Assembly (NCBI GenBank): GCA_964636665.1
Contig: CAZWVT010000001.1
Location: 72,542 to 136,541, forward strand
Source: an uncultured Flavobacteriaceae bacterium
GTDB lineage: Bacteria; Bacteroidota; Bacteroidia; Flavobacteriales; Flavobacteriaceae
Reading direction: 5' to 3'
Length of the DNA stretch: 64,000 nt
Below the pieces are notes generated by a model, which had not been told where the DNA came from, searched no databases, and was given only the letters and a program-made list of their open reading frames with translations. The translations under genes and the position numbers were made by a program. This document shows, piece by piece, positions 20,928-29,984 of the stretch (positions are counted from its first letter, which is position 1; each line of letters begins with the position of its first letter).

Positions 20928-21092
20928 TTAATTTCTTGATTTCCACATTAACCAGACCACAAAAAACAAAATTGCAGAAATTCCCAGTAGAATAGAACCA
21001 ATAATAATTTTGATTTTAGCTATGATGAAGGTCAAATAAATAACAACAAAGAAAACCAGTGCCAATAGTGCTAATAATAGATATTTTCCCAT
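20928..21092 (-). CDS. Small hydrophobic protein (54 aa, two predicted TM helices), below the ORF-track size cutoff
   Basis: Hand translation gives MGKYLLLALLALVFFVVIYLTFIIAKIKIIIGSILLGISAILFFVVWLMWKSRN. The ATG start and the TAA stop sit in the junction TAATTATG with the next gene. Confidence 0.45.
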   Translation of the reverse strand: MGKYLLLALLALVFFVVIYLTFIIAKIKIIIGSILLGISAILFFVVWLMWKSRN

Positions 21093-21172
21093 GATTTATC
21101 AGTTTATAAAGCAACTTAAGACATTCTGTTTACTTCAATGTTATTTTTGTTATATATTTAACACCTCAATAA

Positions 21173-22192
21173 TTACCAGATACTGTCAAACTGTTTTAAA
21201 AATCTGATATCATTTTCTGATAACATACGGATGTCGGGAATTTGATACAATAACATGGCAATACGATCGATTCCCATTCCAAATGCAAAACCTGAATATT
21301 CCTCAGAATCGATATTGCAATTCTTTAAAACATTCGGATCTACCATGCCACAGCCTAAAATTTCCAACCAACCGGTTCCTTTTGTCATCCGATAATCTGT
21401 TTCTGTTTCCAATCCCCAATACACATCGACTTCGGCACTTGGTTCGGTAAAAGGAAAATAAGAAGGTCGCAATCGGATTTGAGATTTTCCGAACATTTCG
21501 GTAGTAAAATACTGAAGCGTTTGTTTTAAATCAGCAAAACTTACGTCTTTATCAATATACAGACCTTCAACTTGATGGAAAAAACAATGCGAACGCGCCG
21601 AAATATCTTCATTGCGATAAACGCGTCCGGGTGAAATTGTCCGAATCGGCGGTTTGTTGTTTTCCATATACCGCACTTGAACAGAAGATGTGTGGGTTCG
21701 TAATAATATATCAGGATTTGTTTGTATAAAAAACGTATCCTGCATATCGCGAGCCGGATGATATTCGGGCAAGTTTAATGCGGAAAAATTGTGCCAATCA
21801 TCTTCAATTTCAGGACCTTCAGAAACATTAAATCCGATTCGGGAAAAAATATCTACTATTTTATTTTTTACAATCGAGATGGGGTGGCGTGCGCCCAAAT
21901 CAAAAGACTCTCCTGTTCTGAAAAGATCGCCGTATTTTCCTGAGGATTGGGTATTTTTTTCTGCTGCTTCCTTTAATGTCGATATTTTTTCTTGAGCAAC
22001 ATTCTTTAATTGATTTATAACCTGACCGTATTCTTTCTTTTGCTCATTAGATACGTCCTTAAAAGCTGTAAAAAACTCGTTTAACAAGCCTTTTTTTCCT
22101 AAATAACGTATTCGTAAATTTTCAATTTCATCCTTGTCTGTCGAATTAAAAGCTTCGATTTCTTCAAGGTGTTTTTTTATTTTATCTATCAT
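21173..22192 (-). CDS. pheS: Phenylalanine--tRNA ligase alpha subunit
   Basis: Class II aaRS motifs (HPARDMQDTF, FPFTEPSAEVD, GFAFGMGIDR); 339 aa. Confidence 0.95.
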   Translation of the reverse strand: MIDKIKKHLEEIEAFNSTDKDEIENLRIRYLGKKGLLNEFFTAFKDVSNEQKKEYGQVINQLKNVAQEKISTLKEAAEKNTQSSGKYGDLFRTGESFDLGARHPISIVKNKIVDIFSRIGFNVSEGPEIEDDWHNFSALNLPEYHPARDMQDTFFIQTNPDILLRTHTSSVQVRYMENNKPPIRTISPGRVYRNEDISARSHCFFHQVEGLYIDKDVSFADLKQTLQYFTTEMFGKSQIRLRPSYFPFTEPSAEVDVYWGLETETDYRMTKGTGWLEILGCGMVDPNVLKNCNIDSEEYSGFAFGMGIDRIAMLLYQIPDIRMLSENDIRFLKQFDSIW

Positions 22193-22221
22193 GAGTTTAC
22201 TATTATTCCAGAGAATACAAT

Positions 22222-22578
22222 TTAATTAATCACTTCTTTTTCTAAAAAATATTGAACGATGGCTTCTTTCATCAGTACGCTTTGTTCGCCGGCTTTTAGG
22301 TGGGGCAGTTTTTCTACGATTTTATAATGTGGCCAACCGTCTTCGTCAACATAGTCAAATTCATAAAAACCGTAAGGTTCAAGAAGTCGGCAAATTGCGA
22401 TATGCATCAAATCCAATTTATGATCTTTTTTAAACTTTCGCTTAAATCTTCCCAATTCCTGAAGACCTATGATGTAAATAATTCCATCTAAATCCAACGT
22501 TTCACCGTCAGCAAAACGGTTGCTTAACAGTTTAACGACTGTTTCCCAACGTTCTTTTAATTGTTCATCCCTTGCCAT
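22222..22578 (-). CDS. Hypothetical protein (118 aa) upstream of pheS
   Basis: ATG at 22578 (MARDEQ...); the track start at 22587 is a TTG. A -7 box lies 23 nt upstream. No family recognised. Confidence 0.55.
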   Translation of the reverse strand: MARDEQLKERWETVVKLLSNRFADGETLDLDGIIYIIGLQELGRFKRKFKKDHKLDLMHIAICRLLEPYGFYEFDYVDEDGWPHYKIVEKLPHLKAGEQSVLMKEAIVQYFLEKEVIN

Positions 22579-22600
22579 AAAATCCAATTTAAACTGAATG

Positions 22601-22608
22601 CAAAGATA
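22601..22608 (-). promoter_or_regulatory. -7 promoter box TATCTTTG (minus strand)
   Basis: Plus-strand CAAAGATA upstream of the 22578 start. Confidence 0.45.
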
Positions 22609-22713
22609 GCTTGTTTTTTGAAGAAATTTTTATCAATAAGCAATCAACCGTTTCCTTTGAAATGTTTTGTTGTGAATTTTCTTATTGCTCTTTATATTTA
22701 GCAAATTTTTTGA

Positions 22714-23313
22714 ATGACTTCACTTGATATTATTATACTCGTTATTTTAGGGTTTGCATTCTTCATTGGGTATCAACAAGGTTTAATAAAATCTGTTATT
22801 TCCTTGTTAGGATGGGTGTTAGGAGCCTATGCAGCTGTTTTGTTTGGGGAACAGATGAAAGATTTTCTACAAAAGTTTTTTTATTTGGGAGAAAACTTAA
22901 TGATTTGGATTGGATATCTCAGCGTGTTTTTAATCGTGGTTTTTCTGTTGAATCTTATGAGTTCCCTCATCACAAAAGCTTTAAAGATAATGATGATGGG
23001 AACTGTCAATAAAATTTTAGGAGGTGTTTTTAATGTTGCTAAATATCTTTTTGTATTGAGTTTTATAAATATGCTCATCAACGCTTCCGAAAATTATAGA
23101 TTTCTTTCCCCTGAACAAACCGAATCTTCAACTTTGTATAAACCAATAGCAAGTATAGCACCTGCGATATTACCTACAATTCAACAAAGTTGGGAAGAAT
23201 TTGACGTGCATTGGAAACCTGAAATCATTGATACCGAAGAGAAAATTCTTACAGATTCGATTATTGAAGAAGAAGAAAAACTGATTCAACAGAATGATTC
23301 TTTGACAAACTAA
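22714..23313 (+). CDS. CvpA-family membrane protein
   Basis: Four TM helices in the first 130 aa or so, with a CvpA-like N-terminus (LDIIILVILGFAFFIGYQQGLIKS) and an acidic C-terminal tail. Confidence 0.65.
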   Translation: MTSLDIIILVILGFAFFIGYQQGLIKSVISLLGWVLGAYAAVLFGEQMKDFLQKFFYLGENLMIWIGYLSVFLIVVFLLNLMSSLITKALKIMMMGTVNKILGGVFNVAKYLFVLSFINMLINASENYRFLSPEQTESSTLYKPIASIAPAILPTIQQSWEEFDVHWKPEIIDTEEKILTDSIIEEEEKLIQQNDSLTN

Positions 23314-23366
23314 ATTTCGTCTATTATCTTATTAAATCTATAACATTTTTAATGAACTGTATTTAG

Positions 23367-23374
23367 TATCTTTG
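23367..23374 (+). promoter_or_regulatory. -7 promoter box TATCTTTG upstream of the superoxide dismutase gene
   Basis: Exact TAnnTTTG, 37 nt upstream of the ATG at 23412. Confidence 0.45.
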
Positions 23375-23411
23375 GGAGAATTTAATAATTATTAACGTAA
23401 ATAAATATACT

Positions 23412-24014
23412 ATGTCATTCAAATTGCCAGATTTACCGTATCCTTATGATGCTTTAGAGCCTAACATTGATGCTGAAACAATGGAAATTCACCATTCTCG
23501 TCATCATAAAGGATATACAGATAATTTAAACAACGCTATAAAAAATACAGAATTAGAAAACACCGATATTCAGGAGCTTCTTTCAAACTTGGATATGGAT
23601 AATAAAGCTGTACGAAACAATGGTGGCGGTTATTACAATCACAATCTTTTTTGGGAAATAATGTCTCCTGATGGTGGTGGAGAACCGACCGGCGCTCTTG
23701 CTGAAGCTATCAACCAAAGTTTTGGAAGTTTTGAAGAATTTAAAACAAAATTTGCCGATGAAGCAAAAACCAGATTTGGTTCCGGATGGTGCTGGTTGGT
23801 TGTTAGCAGTTCAGGTCTAAAAATTGTTTCTACTGCAAATCAAGACAATCCATTAATGCCGGGAATGAATGAGGGTCATCCGATTCTTGGACTTGATGTT
23901 TGGGAACACGCTTATTATTTAAAATATCAAAACAAACGTCCTGACTATATTGACGCATTTTGGAATGTGGTTAACTGGGATGCTGTTCAGGAAAAATATG
24001 ATGAGGCTAAATAA
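23412..24014 (+). CDS. Fe/Mn-family superoxide dismutase
   Basis: LPDLPYxYDALEP N-terminus, HHSRHH motif and C-terminal metal-ligand motif DVWEHAYY; 200 aa. Confidence 0.95.
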   Translation: MSFKLPDLPYPYDALEPNIDAETMEIHHSRHHKGYTDNLNNAIKNTELENTDIQELLSNLDMDNKAVRNNGGGYYNHNLFWEIMSPDGGGEPTGALAEAINQSFGSFEEFKTKFADEAKTRFGSGWCWLVVSSSGLKIVSTANQDNPLMPGMNEGHPILGLDVWEHAYYLKYQNKRPDYIDAFWNVVNWDAVQEKYDEAK

Positions 24015-24040
24015 ACTCATTTAGAAATCCCATAAAAAAA

Positions 24041-24069
24041 CTGCTATCTTTTCCGATGGCAGTTTTTTT
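24041..24069. terminator. Bidirectional hairpin terminator shared by the SOD gene and the convergent 64-aa ORF
   Basis: An A7 tract, the stem ctgctatc / gatggcag (one G-U pair) and a T7 tract. The small ORF's stop codon lies inside the T tract. Confidence 0.7.
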
Positions 24070-24262
24070 ATTTTCTAGTCGCTAATTTATTTTGCTTGTA
24101 TAAAAAGAATATTCCAACAATCAATCCTATTAAGAGCAATATCCATAATTCTCCGTCAATTGGAAGCTGGGGTGCATTTGGTGTATTTCCAGGTCTCGGT
24201 GGCGGTGGCGCTTTCGCCGGCTGCGCAAGCAATGCTATGGTAGAATATAAAATTGTCAGCAT
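24068..24262 (-). CDS. Small secreted/membrane-anchored protein: signal peptide, Pro-rich linker, PIDGE motif, TM helix, basic tail
   Basis: Sequence is MLTILYSTIALLAQPAKA / PPPPRPGNTPNAPQL / PIDGE / LWILLLIGLIVGIFFLY / KQNKLATRK. The hairpin terminator follows immediately downstream. Coding status is unproven. Confidence 0.45.
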   Translation of the reverse strand: MLTILYSTIALLAQPAKAPPPPRPGNTPNAPQLPIDGELWILLLIGLIVGIFFLYKQNKLATRK

Positions 24263-24416
24263 AGATACCTAATAATTCTGGGAATTGTTTTTCAGTTGGT
24301 AAAAGTAGTAATAATTTAGATAAGAGTTGTAATTTAATAAAAAAATATCATTAAATTATATAGATATCATATTTAATTAATTGTTGTTATGAATTTTACA
24401 ACTCCGGAAAACGACG

Positions 24417-24490
24417 TGGTCCCACCTGGGCTTGAACCAGGGACCCCTTGATTATGAGTCAAGTGCTCTAACCAGCTGAGCTATAGGACC
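24417..24490 (-). tRNA. tRNA with CAT anticodon (elongator Met, or Ile2 if lysidine-modified)
   Basis: The reverse complement folds as a cloverleaf: GGUCCUA acceptor, GCUC-AGCUGGUUA-GAGC D-arm, CUUGA-CUCAUAA-UCAAG anticodon arm, CCUGG-UUCAAGC-CCAGG T-arm. The anticodon-arm region resembles E. coli elongator tRNA-Met. Confidence 0.85.
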
Positions 24491-24559
24491 TGCTTTTAAT
24501 CCTTCAAATTCGAAGGATAAAAGGGATGCAAATGTAATACTCTTTATTTTAATTACAAA

Positions 24560-24964
24560 TTATTTTTTTATATCCTGACACAATTCCACCAATACTCCGG
24601 AAGCAGACTTAGGATGTAAAAAAACCACCAATTTATTATCTGCACCTTTTTTGGGAGTTTCACTGAGAAGTTCAAAACCTTCGGCAGTCAAACGTTTTAT
24701 CTCCTTATGGATGTCATCTACTGAAAATGCCAAATGATGAATCCCCTCTCCCCTTTTCGTTATAAATTTCGCTATCGGACTCGACTCATTGGAAGCTTCC
24801 AAAAGTTCGATTTTACTTTCTCCACATCTGAAAAAAGAAGTTTTAACACCTTCACTTTCCACTTCCTCAGTTTTGTAAGGAGCGACTCCGAGAAGTTTTT
24901 CGTATAGTTCATTGGCTGCTGCTAAATTTTTTACGGCAATTCCAATATGTTCTATTTTGTTCAT
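24560..24964 (-). CDS. mce: Methylmalonyl-CoA epimerase (VOC/glyoxalase fold)
   Basis: 134 aa with IEHIGIAV N-terminus, ELLE and GEGIHHLAF motifs typical of the epimerase family. Confidence 0.75.
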   Translation of the reverse strand: MNKIEHIGIAVKNLAAANELYEKLLGVAPYKTEEVESEGVKTSFFRCGESKIELLEASNESSPIAKFITKRGEGIHHLAFSVDDIHKEIKRLTAEGFELLSETPKKGADNKLVVFLHPKSASGVLVELCQDIKK

Positions 24965-25056
24965 AAAAATAATTCAAGATTTACACAAAAGTACACAAGT
25001 TCTTTATTTTAAACTTTGCAGCAACATTCTATCATATAAATATTATTTTTGTAGCT

Positions 25057-25452
25057 ATGAATGAATCCAATAGACAAAAGAAAATTGCATCTTTACTTCA
25101 AGAAGATTTGGCTCAGGAATTACAAAATCTCTTGAGAGAATCCGGGCAATCGGGCATCATCATTTCGGTTAATAAAGTTAATGTAACCGTAGATTTATCA
25201 CTTGCCAAAGTATATGTCAGTATTTTTCCTGCTGATAAAGCGGTAGGTTTTACCAAAGAATTAAATCTTTTAAAGCCGCAAATCAAGCATCGCATTTCTC
25301 AATTAACGCGCCATCAATTACGAAAAATGCCTGATTTGGTTTTTTATTTAGACGATTCCCTCGAATATATCGAGCAAATAAATAAAGCTTTAAAAGGCAT
25401 AGAAAATCCCATTACAAATCCGGAATTGCTTAATAAAAGAAAAAAATCATAA
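25057..25452 (+). CDS. rbfA: Ribosome-binding factor A
   Basis: RbfA-like pattern (RQKKIASLLQEDLA..., VTVDLSLAKVYVS, PDLVFYLD); 131 aa. Confidence 0.85.
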   Translation: MNESNRQKKIASLLQEDLAQELQNLLRESGQSGIIISVNKVNVTVDLSLAKVYVSIFPADKAVGFTKELNLLKPQIKHRISQLTRHQLRKMPDLVFYLDDSLEYIEQINKALKGIENPITNPELLNKRKKS

Positions 25453-26658
25453 GTGAATTTTTCACTCTATATAGCCAAGCGATATCTCTTTTCCAAGAGT
25501 AGCAACAATGCAATAAACATCATTACTATTATTGCGGCAATCGGAGTTATTGTTGGTTCATTTTCTTTATTAATCGTTCTTTCAGGATTTTCCGGACTCA
25601 AAGATTTCAGTCTTCAGTTTACCAATATTTTTGACAGTGATTTAAAAGTTTATCCGGAGAAAGGCAAAATTATTCCTTTTGATGAAAATATGAAAAACCG
25701 CATCTCACAAATGGAAGGTGTGGCTTCGTATGCAGAAATTATTGAAGAACGAATTTTTTTACAGTATAAAAATAAAAATCACATTGCCTACATAAAAGGC
25801 GTTGATGAAAATTATGGCAATGTCATTCCCATTGACAGCATTTTAATGGTTGGCGAATGGTTTGAACCCGACCAAAATGAAGTGGTTATCGGTCTGACAA
25901 CTTCTGCAAAACTTTCTTTGTCACTCTGGGATTATATGAATTTGGTAGAAATCTATGTTCCCAAACCCGGAACCGGACAAATAGATGTACTGAATCCTTC
26001 GAATGCATTTAACAAAGCCAACGTCGTAGTTTCCGGAGTTTATCAAGTAAATGAAGAATTGGACGCTAAATATGTGTTTACACAACTTTCATTTGCCCGA
26101 AATTTATTATCCATCTCTGAAAATGAGGTTTCTTCTTTGGAATTTAAACTTGTTTCTTCTCAATATGAATCAGCTGTAAGAAGCGAACTTACAGAAATTT
26201 TTGGTGATAACATTCTTATTAAAAATCGAATCCAACAAAATGATGCATTGTACAAAATGCTAAATACAGAAAATATTGCTGTCTATTTAATCTTTACATT
26301 GGTAATGATTATTGCACTTTTTAATGTAATCGGTTCCATCATCATTATGATTTTGGACAAGCGAAAAAACATTGAAACTTTAAATAATTTAGGTGCTACT
26401 TATAAAGAAATCCGCAGAATATTCTTTTTTCAAGGAACATTAATGACTATTTTAGGTGGAATTATAGGAATCATTATTGGACTTGTAGCAGTTTGGTTAC
26501 AAATTAAATACGGATTGATTTATATTACAAACACCCTACCCTATCCGGCGAAAATTGAAGGAATCAATGTTATTGTGGTATTTTTTACAATTAGTATTTT
26601 GGGAATTTTGGCCTCATATATAGCCTCTCGACGCGTTCAGCGAAAATCTTTGCAGTAA
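25453..26658 (+). CDS. FtsX/LolE-like ABC transporter permease
   Basis: GTG start abutting the rbfA stop. TM1, an extracytoplasmic domain of about 230 aa, then three C-terminal TMs (MacB/FtsX architecture). Confidence 0.8.
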   Translation: MNFSLYIAKRYLFSKSSNNAINIITIIAAIGVIVGSFSLLIVLSGFSGLKDFSLQFTNIFDSDLKVYPEKGKIIPFDENMKNRISQMEGVASYAEIIEERIFLQYKNKNHIAYIKGVDENYGNVIPIDSILMVGEWFEPDQNEVVIGLTTSAKLSLSLWDYMNLVEIYVPKPGTGQIDVLNPSNAFNKANVVVSGVYQVNEELDAKYVFTQLSFARNLLSISENEVSSLEFKLVSSQYESAVRSELTEIFGDNILIKNRIQQNDALYKMLNTENIAVYLIFTLVMIIALFNVIGSIIIMILDKRKNIETLNNLGATYKEIRRIFFFQGTLMTILGGIIGIIIGLVAVWLQIKYGLIYITNTLPYPAKIEGINVIVVFFTISILGILASYIASRRVQRKSLQ

Positions 26659-26660
26659 AA

Positions 26661-27653
26661 TCAGGCAAATTCATAATCGCCAAACACTTCCAAAGCTTCA
26701 TCCAGAGTTTTAAAAACAAGAGCTGCATCATCATCGGTAACCAATTTCATCCGGTACTCTTTAAAATTTGGAATTCCCTTAAAATAGTTGGTATAATGTC
26801 TTCTCGTTTCAAAAACCCCGAGTTTTTCTCCTTTCCAGTCAATAGCCATTTGCAAATGTCTTCTGGCAGCTTCTACACGTTCTTTCATCGTTGGTGGTGG
26901 AAGGTGTTCTCCGGTCTTTAGAAAGTGTTTTACTTCCCTGAAAAACCAAGGATAACCGATACTCGCACGACCAATCATAGCGCCGTCAAGTCCGTATTCA
27001 TCCCGCATTTTTTTGGCACGTTGGGGCGTATTTACATCACCGTTTCCAAAAATGGGAATATGCATTCGCGGATTGTTTTTGACTTCGGAAATCAGCGTCC
27101 AGTCGGCATCGCCTTTGTACATTTGTTTTCGGGTTCTTCCGTGAATTGACAAAGCTTGACAACCGACATCTTGCAATCGTTCGGCAACTTCAACGATGCG
27201 AATTGATTCTTCGTCCCAGCCCAATCTGGTTTTTACAGTAATCGGAAGCTTGGTGTGTTTGACCATCGCTTCCGTAAGCGAAACCATCAAATCGACATCT
27301 TTTAATATTCCGGCACCTGCACCTTTGGAAACAACTTTTTTTACCGGACAACCAAAATTAATATCAATAATATCCGGACCGGTGGCTTCTACGATTTCTA
27401 CCGTTTTTAACATAGAATCCAAAACAGCTCCAAAAATCTGAATCCCCACAGGACGTTCCTTTTCGTAAATATCCAATTTCATCATGCTTTTGGCAGCATC
27501 TCGAATAAGGCCTTCGGCTGAAATAAACTCGGTATAAACCACATCCGCTCCTTGTTCTTTGCACAATGCACGAAAAGGCGGATCGCTTACATCTTCCATC
27601 GGCGCTAATAACAGCGGAAATTCCGGTAATTCTATATTTCCTATTTTTGGCAA
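26661..27653 (-). CDS. dusB: tRNA-dihydrouridine synthase
   Basis: Dus-family motifs LAPMEDVSD, INFGCP, HGRTR; 330 aa. Confidence 0.9.
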   Translation of the reverse strand: MPKIGNIELPEFPLLLAPMEDVSDPPFRALCKEQGADVVYTEFISAEGLIRDAAKSMMKLDIYEKERPVGIQIFGAVLDSMLKTVEIVEATGPDIIDINFGCPVKKVVSKGAGAGILKDVDLMVSLTEAMVKHTKLPITVKTRLGWDEESIRIVEVAERLQDVGCQALSIHGRTRKQMYKGDADWTLISEVKNNPRMHIPIFGNGDVNTPQRAKKMRDEYGLDGAMIGRASIGYPWFFREVKHFLKTGEHLPPPTMKERVEAARRHLQMAIDWKGEKLGVFETRRHYTNYFKGIPNFKEYRMKLVTDDDAALVFKTLDEALEVFGDYEFA

Positions 27654-27801
27654 CGTATTAATTTTTAAGAAAGTGCAAATTTAGTGATTATCACTCAAAC
27701 AATTATTTTATGCAGAACGCTATTCAAATAAATATTGAACTTATTGATAGTAAACTATTTCAGACTTGTAAAATAGTATCACGAAAAACGTACAATTCGC
27801 T

Positions 27802-27809
27802 TATATTTG
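27802..27809 (+). promoter_or_regulatory. -7 promoter box TATATTTG upstream of lepA
   Basis: Exact TAnnTTTG, 27 nt upstream of the ATG at 27837. Confidence 0.45.
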
Positions 27810-27836
27810 CACCCTAACATTCGTTGAACGAAATTT

Positions 27837-29633
27837 ATGAAGAACATCCGTAATTTTTGCATTATTGCTCATATTGACCATGGAAAAAGCACCTTGGCAG
27901 ACAGACTTTTAGATGCAACAGGAACTGTGACAGAAAGAGAAAAACAAGAGCAATTACTCGACAGTATGGATTTGGAACGGGAACGAGGCATTACCATAAA
28001 AAGTCATGCCATTCAAATGGATTATGTTTACAACAATGAAAAATACATTTTAAATCTTATTGACACCCCCGGACACGTTGATTTTTCTTACGAAGTTTCA
28101 CGTTCCATCGCAGCTTGCGAAGGTGCTTTATTAATCGTAGATGCCGCCCAGAGCATTCAAGCGCAGACGATTTCTAATTTATATTTGGCGCTGGAAAACG
28201 ATCTTGAAATCATTCCGATTTTAAACAAAGTTGATTTACCGTCAGCAAATCCTGAAGAAGTTACAGACGATATTGTCGATTTATTGGGATGCAAACCAGA
28301 AGAAGTTATTCCTGCCAGTGGAAAAACCGGTTTTGGCGTCGATAACATTCTCCAAGCCATCATTGAACGAATCCCGCCACCTCAAGGCAATCCGGAAGCT
28401 CCGCTCCAAGCTTTGATTTTTGACTCTGTTTACAATCCGTTCCGAGGAATTGAAACGTATTTTAGAGTTATAAACGGAGAAATCAAAAAAGGACAACAAA
28501 TCAAATTTATGGCGACCAACAAATCCTACTACGCCGATGAAGTGGGTACGTTGCGATTAAAACAATTTCCGAAAGAAGTTATCAAAGCCGGAGATGTGGG
28601 TTATCTAATTACCGGAATTAAGGAAGCAAAAGAAGTAAAAGTTGGAGATACCATCACCGATGCCAAAAATCCGACGCAAAATATGATTGCCGGATTTGAA
28701 GACGTCAAACCCATGGTTTTTGCCGGAATTTATCCTGTGGACACAGAAGATTATGAAGAACTTCGAAATTCAATGGAAAAACTACAGCTCAACGATGCTT
28801 CACTTGTATTTACGCCAGAAAGTTCCGCAGCTTTAGGTTTTGGTTTCCGTTGTGGATTTTTAGGAATGCTCCACCTTGAAATTATTCAAGAAAGATTGGA
28901 ACGAGAGTTTGATATGACCGTAATTACAACGGTTCCCAACGTTTCATATCAGGCTTATACAATCCGAGAACCACAAACTTCTATTCCGGTAAACAACCCG
29001 TCAGATCTACCTGATCCTTCCATTTTGGACAGAGTTGAAGAACCTTTTATCAAAGCGACGATAATTACGAAAGCTGAATTCATCGGTCCGGTAATGTCTT
29101 TGTGTATTGAAAAAAGAGGCGTGATTACCAATCAATCGTATTTGACAACCGATCGTGTAGAACTTATTTTTGATATGCCTCTGGCTGAAATTGTTTTCGA
29201 TTTTTACGATCGACTCAAAACCGTATCAAGAGGTTATGCTTCATTTGATTACAGTCCTATTGGAATGCGTACCTCTCATCTGGTAAAAGTTGATATTCTT
29301 TTAAACGCAAATACGGTTGATGCACTTTCTGCTCTAATTCATAGAGACAGTGCTTATGAAATAGGCAAAAAAATATGTGAGAAATTAAAAGAACTCATTC
29401 CGCGTCAACAATTTGATATCCCAATTCAAGCGGCAATCGGAGCTAAAATTATCGCTCGAGAAACTGTAAAAGCACTTAGAAAGGACGTAACCGCAAAATG
29501 TTATGGAGGCGATATTTCCAGAAAACGTAAACTCTTGGAAAAACAGAAAAAAGGTAAAAAACGTATGCGTCAAATCGGAAATGTTGAGATTCCGCAAGAA
29601 GCTTTTATGGCCGTTTTAAAACTGAATGATTAA
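27837..29633 (+). CDS. lepA: Translation elongation factor 4 (LepA)
   Basis: G-domain motifs [17 protein letters not shown] and NKVD, plus the LepA-specific C-terminus; 598 aa. Confidence 0.95.
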   Translation: MKNIRNFCIIAHIDHGKSTLADRLLDATGTVTEREKQEQLLDSMDLERERGITIKSHAIQMDYVYNNEKYILNLIDTPGHVDFSYEVSRSIAACEGALLIVDAAQSIQAQTISNLYLALENDLEIIPILNKVDLPSANPEEVTDDIVDLLGCKPEEVIPASGKTGFGVDNILQAIIERIPPPQGNPEAPLQALIFDSVYNPFRGIETYFRVINGEIKKGQQIKFMATNKSYYADEVGTLRLKQFPKEVIKAGDVGYLITGIKEAKEVKVGDTITDAKNPTQNMIAGFEDVKPMVFAGIYPVDTEDYEELRNSMEKLQLNDASLVFTPESSAALGFGFRCGFLGMLHLEIIQERLEREFDMTVITTVPNVSYQAYTIREPQTSIPVNNPSDLPDPSILDRVEEPFIKATIITKAEFIGPVMSLCIEKRGVITNQSYLTTDRVELIFDMPLAEIVFDFYDRLKTVSRGYASFDYSPIGMRTSHLVKVDILLNANTVDALSALIHRDSAYEIGKKICEKLKELIPRQQFDIPIQAAIGAKIIARETVKALRKDVTAKCYGGDISRKRKLLEKQKKGKKRMRQIGNVEIPQEAFMAVLKLND

Positions 29634-29637
29634 AAAA

Positions 29638-29865
29638 TTAATTGCAGAGTACTCCTTCTTCCTGTAAATCGGATAAATAAACATCATAAGGAGTTTGCGT
29701 ATCTTCACCGTTTATGGAAGCATTTCCATTGCTTTCTCGGCAGAGTTCAAAATCGAGTGTTTCTGATGATGTACAAGTAAGACAATGAATGTCTTCATCT
29801 TTTTTACAAGAAAAAAAAGCGAAAAATAAAGATGCAAAAAACAGTATTTTCAGGATGTTTTTCAT
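29638..29865 (-). CDS. Small Cys-rich lipoprotein (75 aa)
   Basis: I prefer the ATG at 29865 (MKNILKILFFASLFFAFFSC), which gives a lipobox. CKKDED after the lipobox Cys resembles the Bacteroidota lipoprotein export signal. There are four further Cys. Confidence 0.55.
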   Translation of the reverse strand: MKNILKILFFASLFFAFFSCKKDEDIHCLTCTSSETLDFELCRESNGNASINGEDTQTPYDVYLSDLQEEGVLCN

Positions 29866-29984
29866 AATTTCAAATATTTTGAGGCTAAAAATATAATTTA
29901 TTGTTAAATGTACCACTTTAAATAAGTCCTTATTTAATCTTAAATTCGCTTTTTGATTAATTTGCAAATCTTTATTTCATTAGA

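Noticed and set aside
24263-24559. AT-rich DNA flanking a tRNA gene, a classic integration hot spot for genomic islands.
   Set aside because: There is no integrase, no direct repeat of the tRNA 3' end, and no accessory genes on either side. The neighbours are housekeeping genes.
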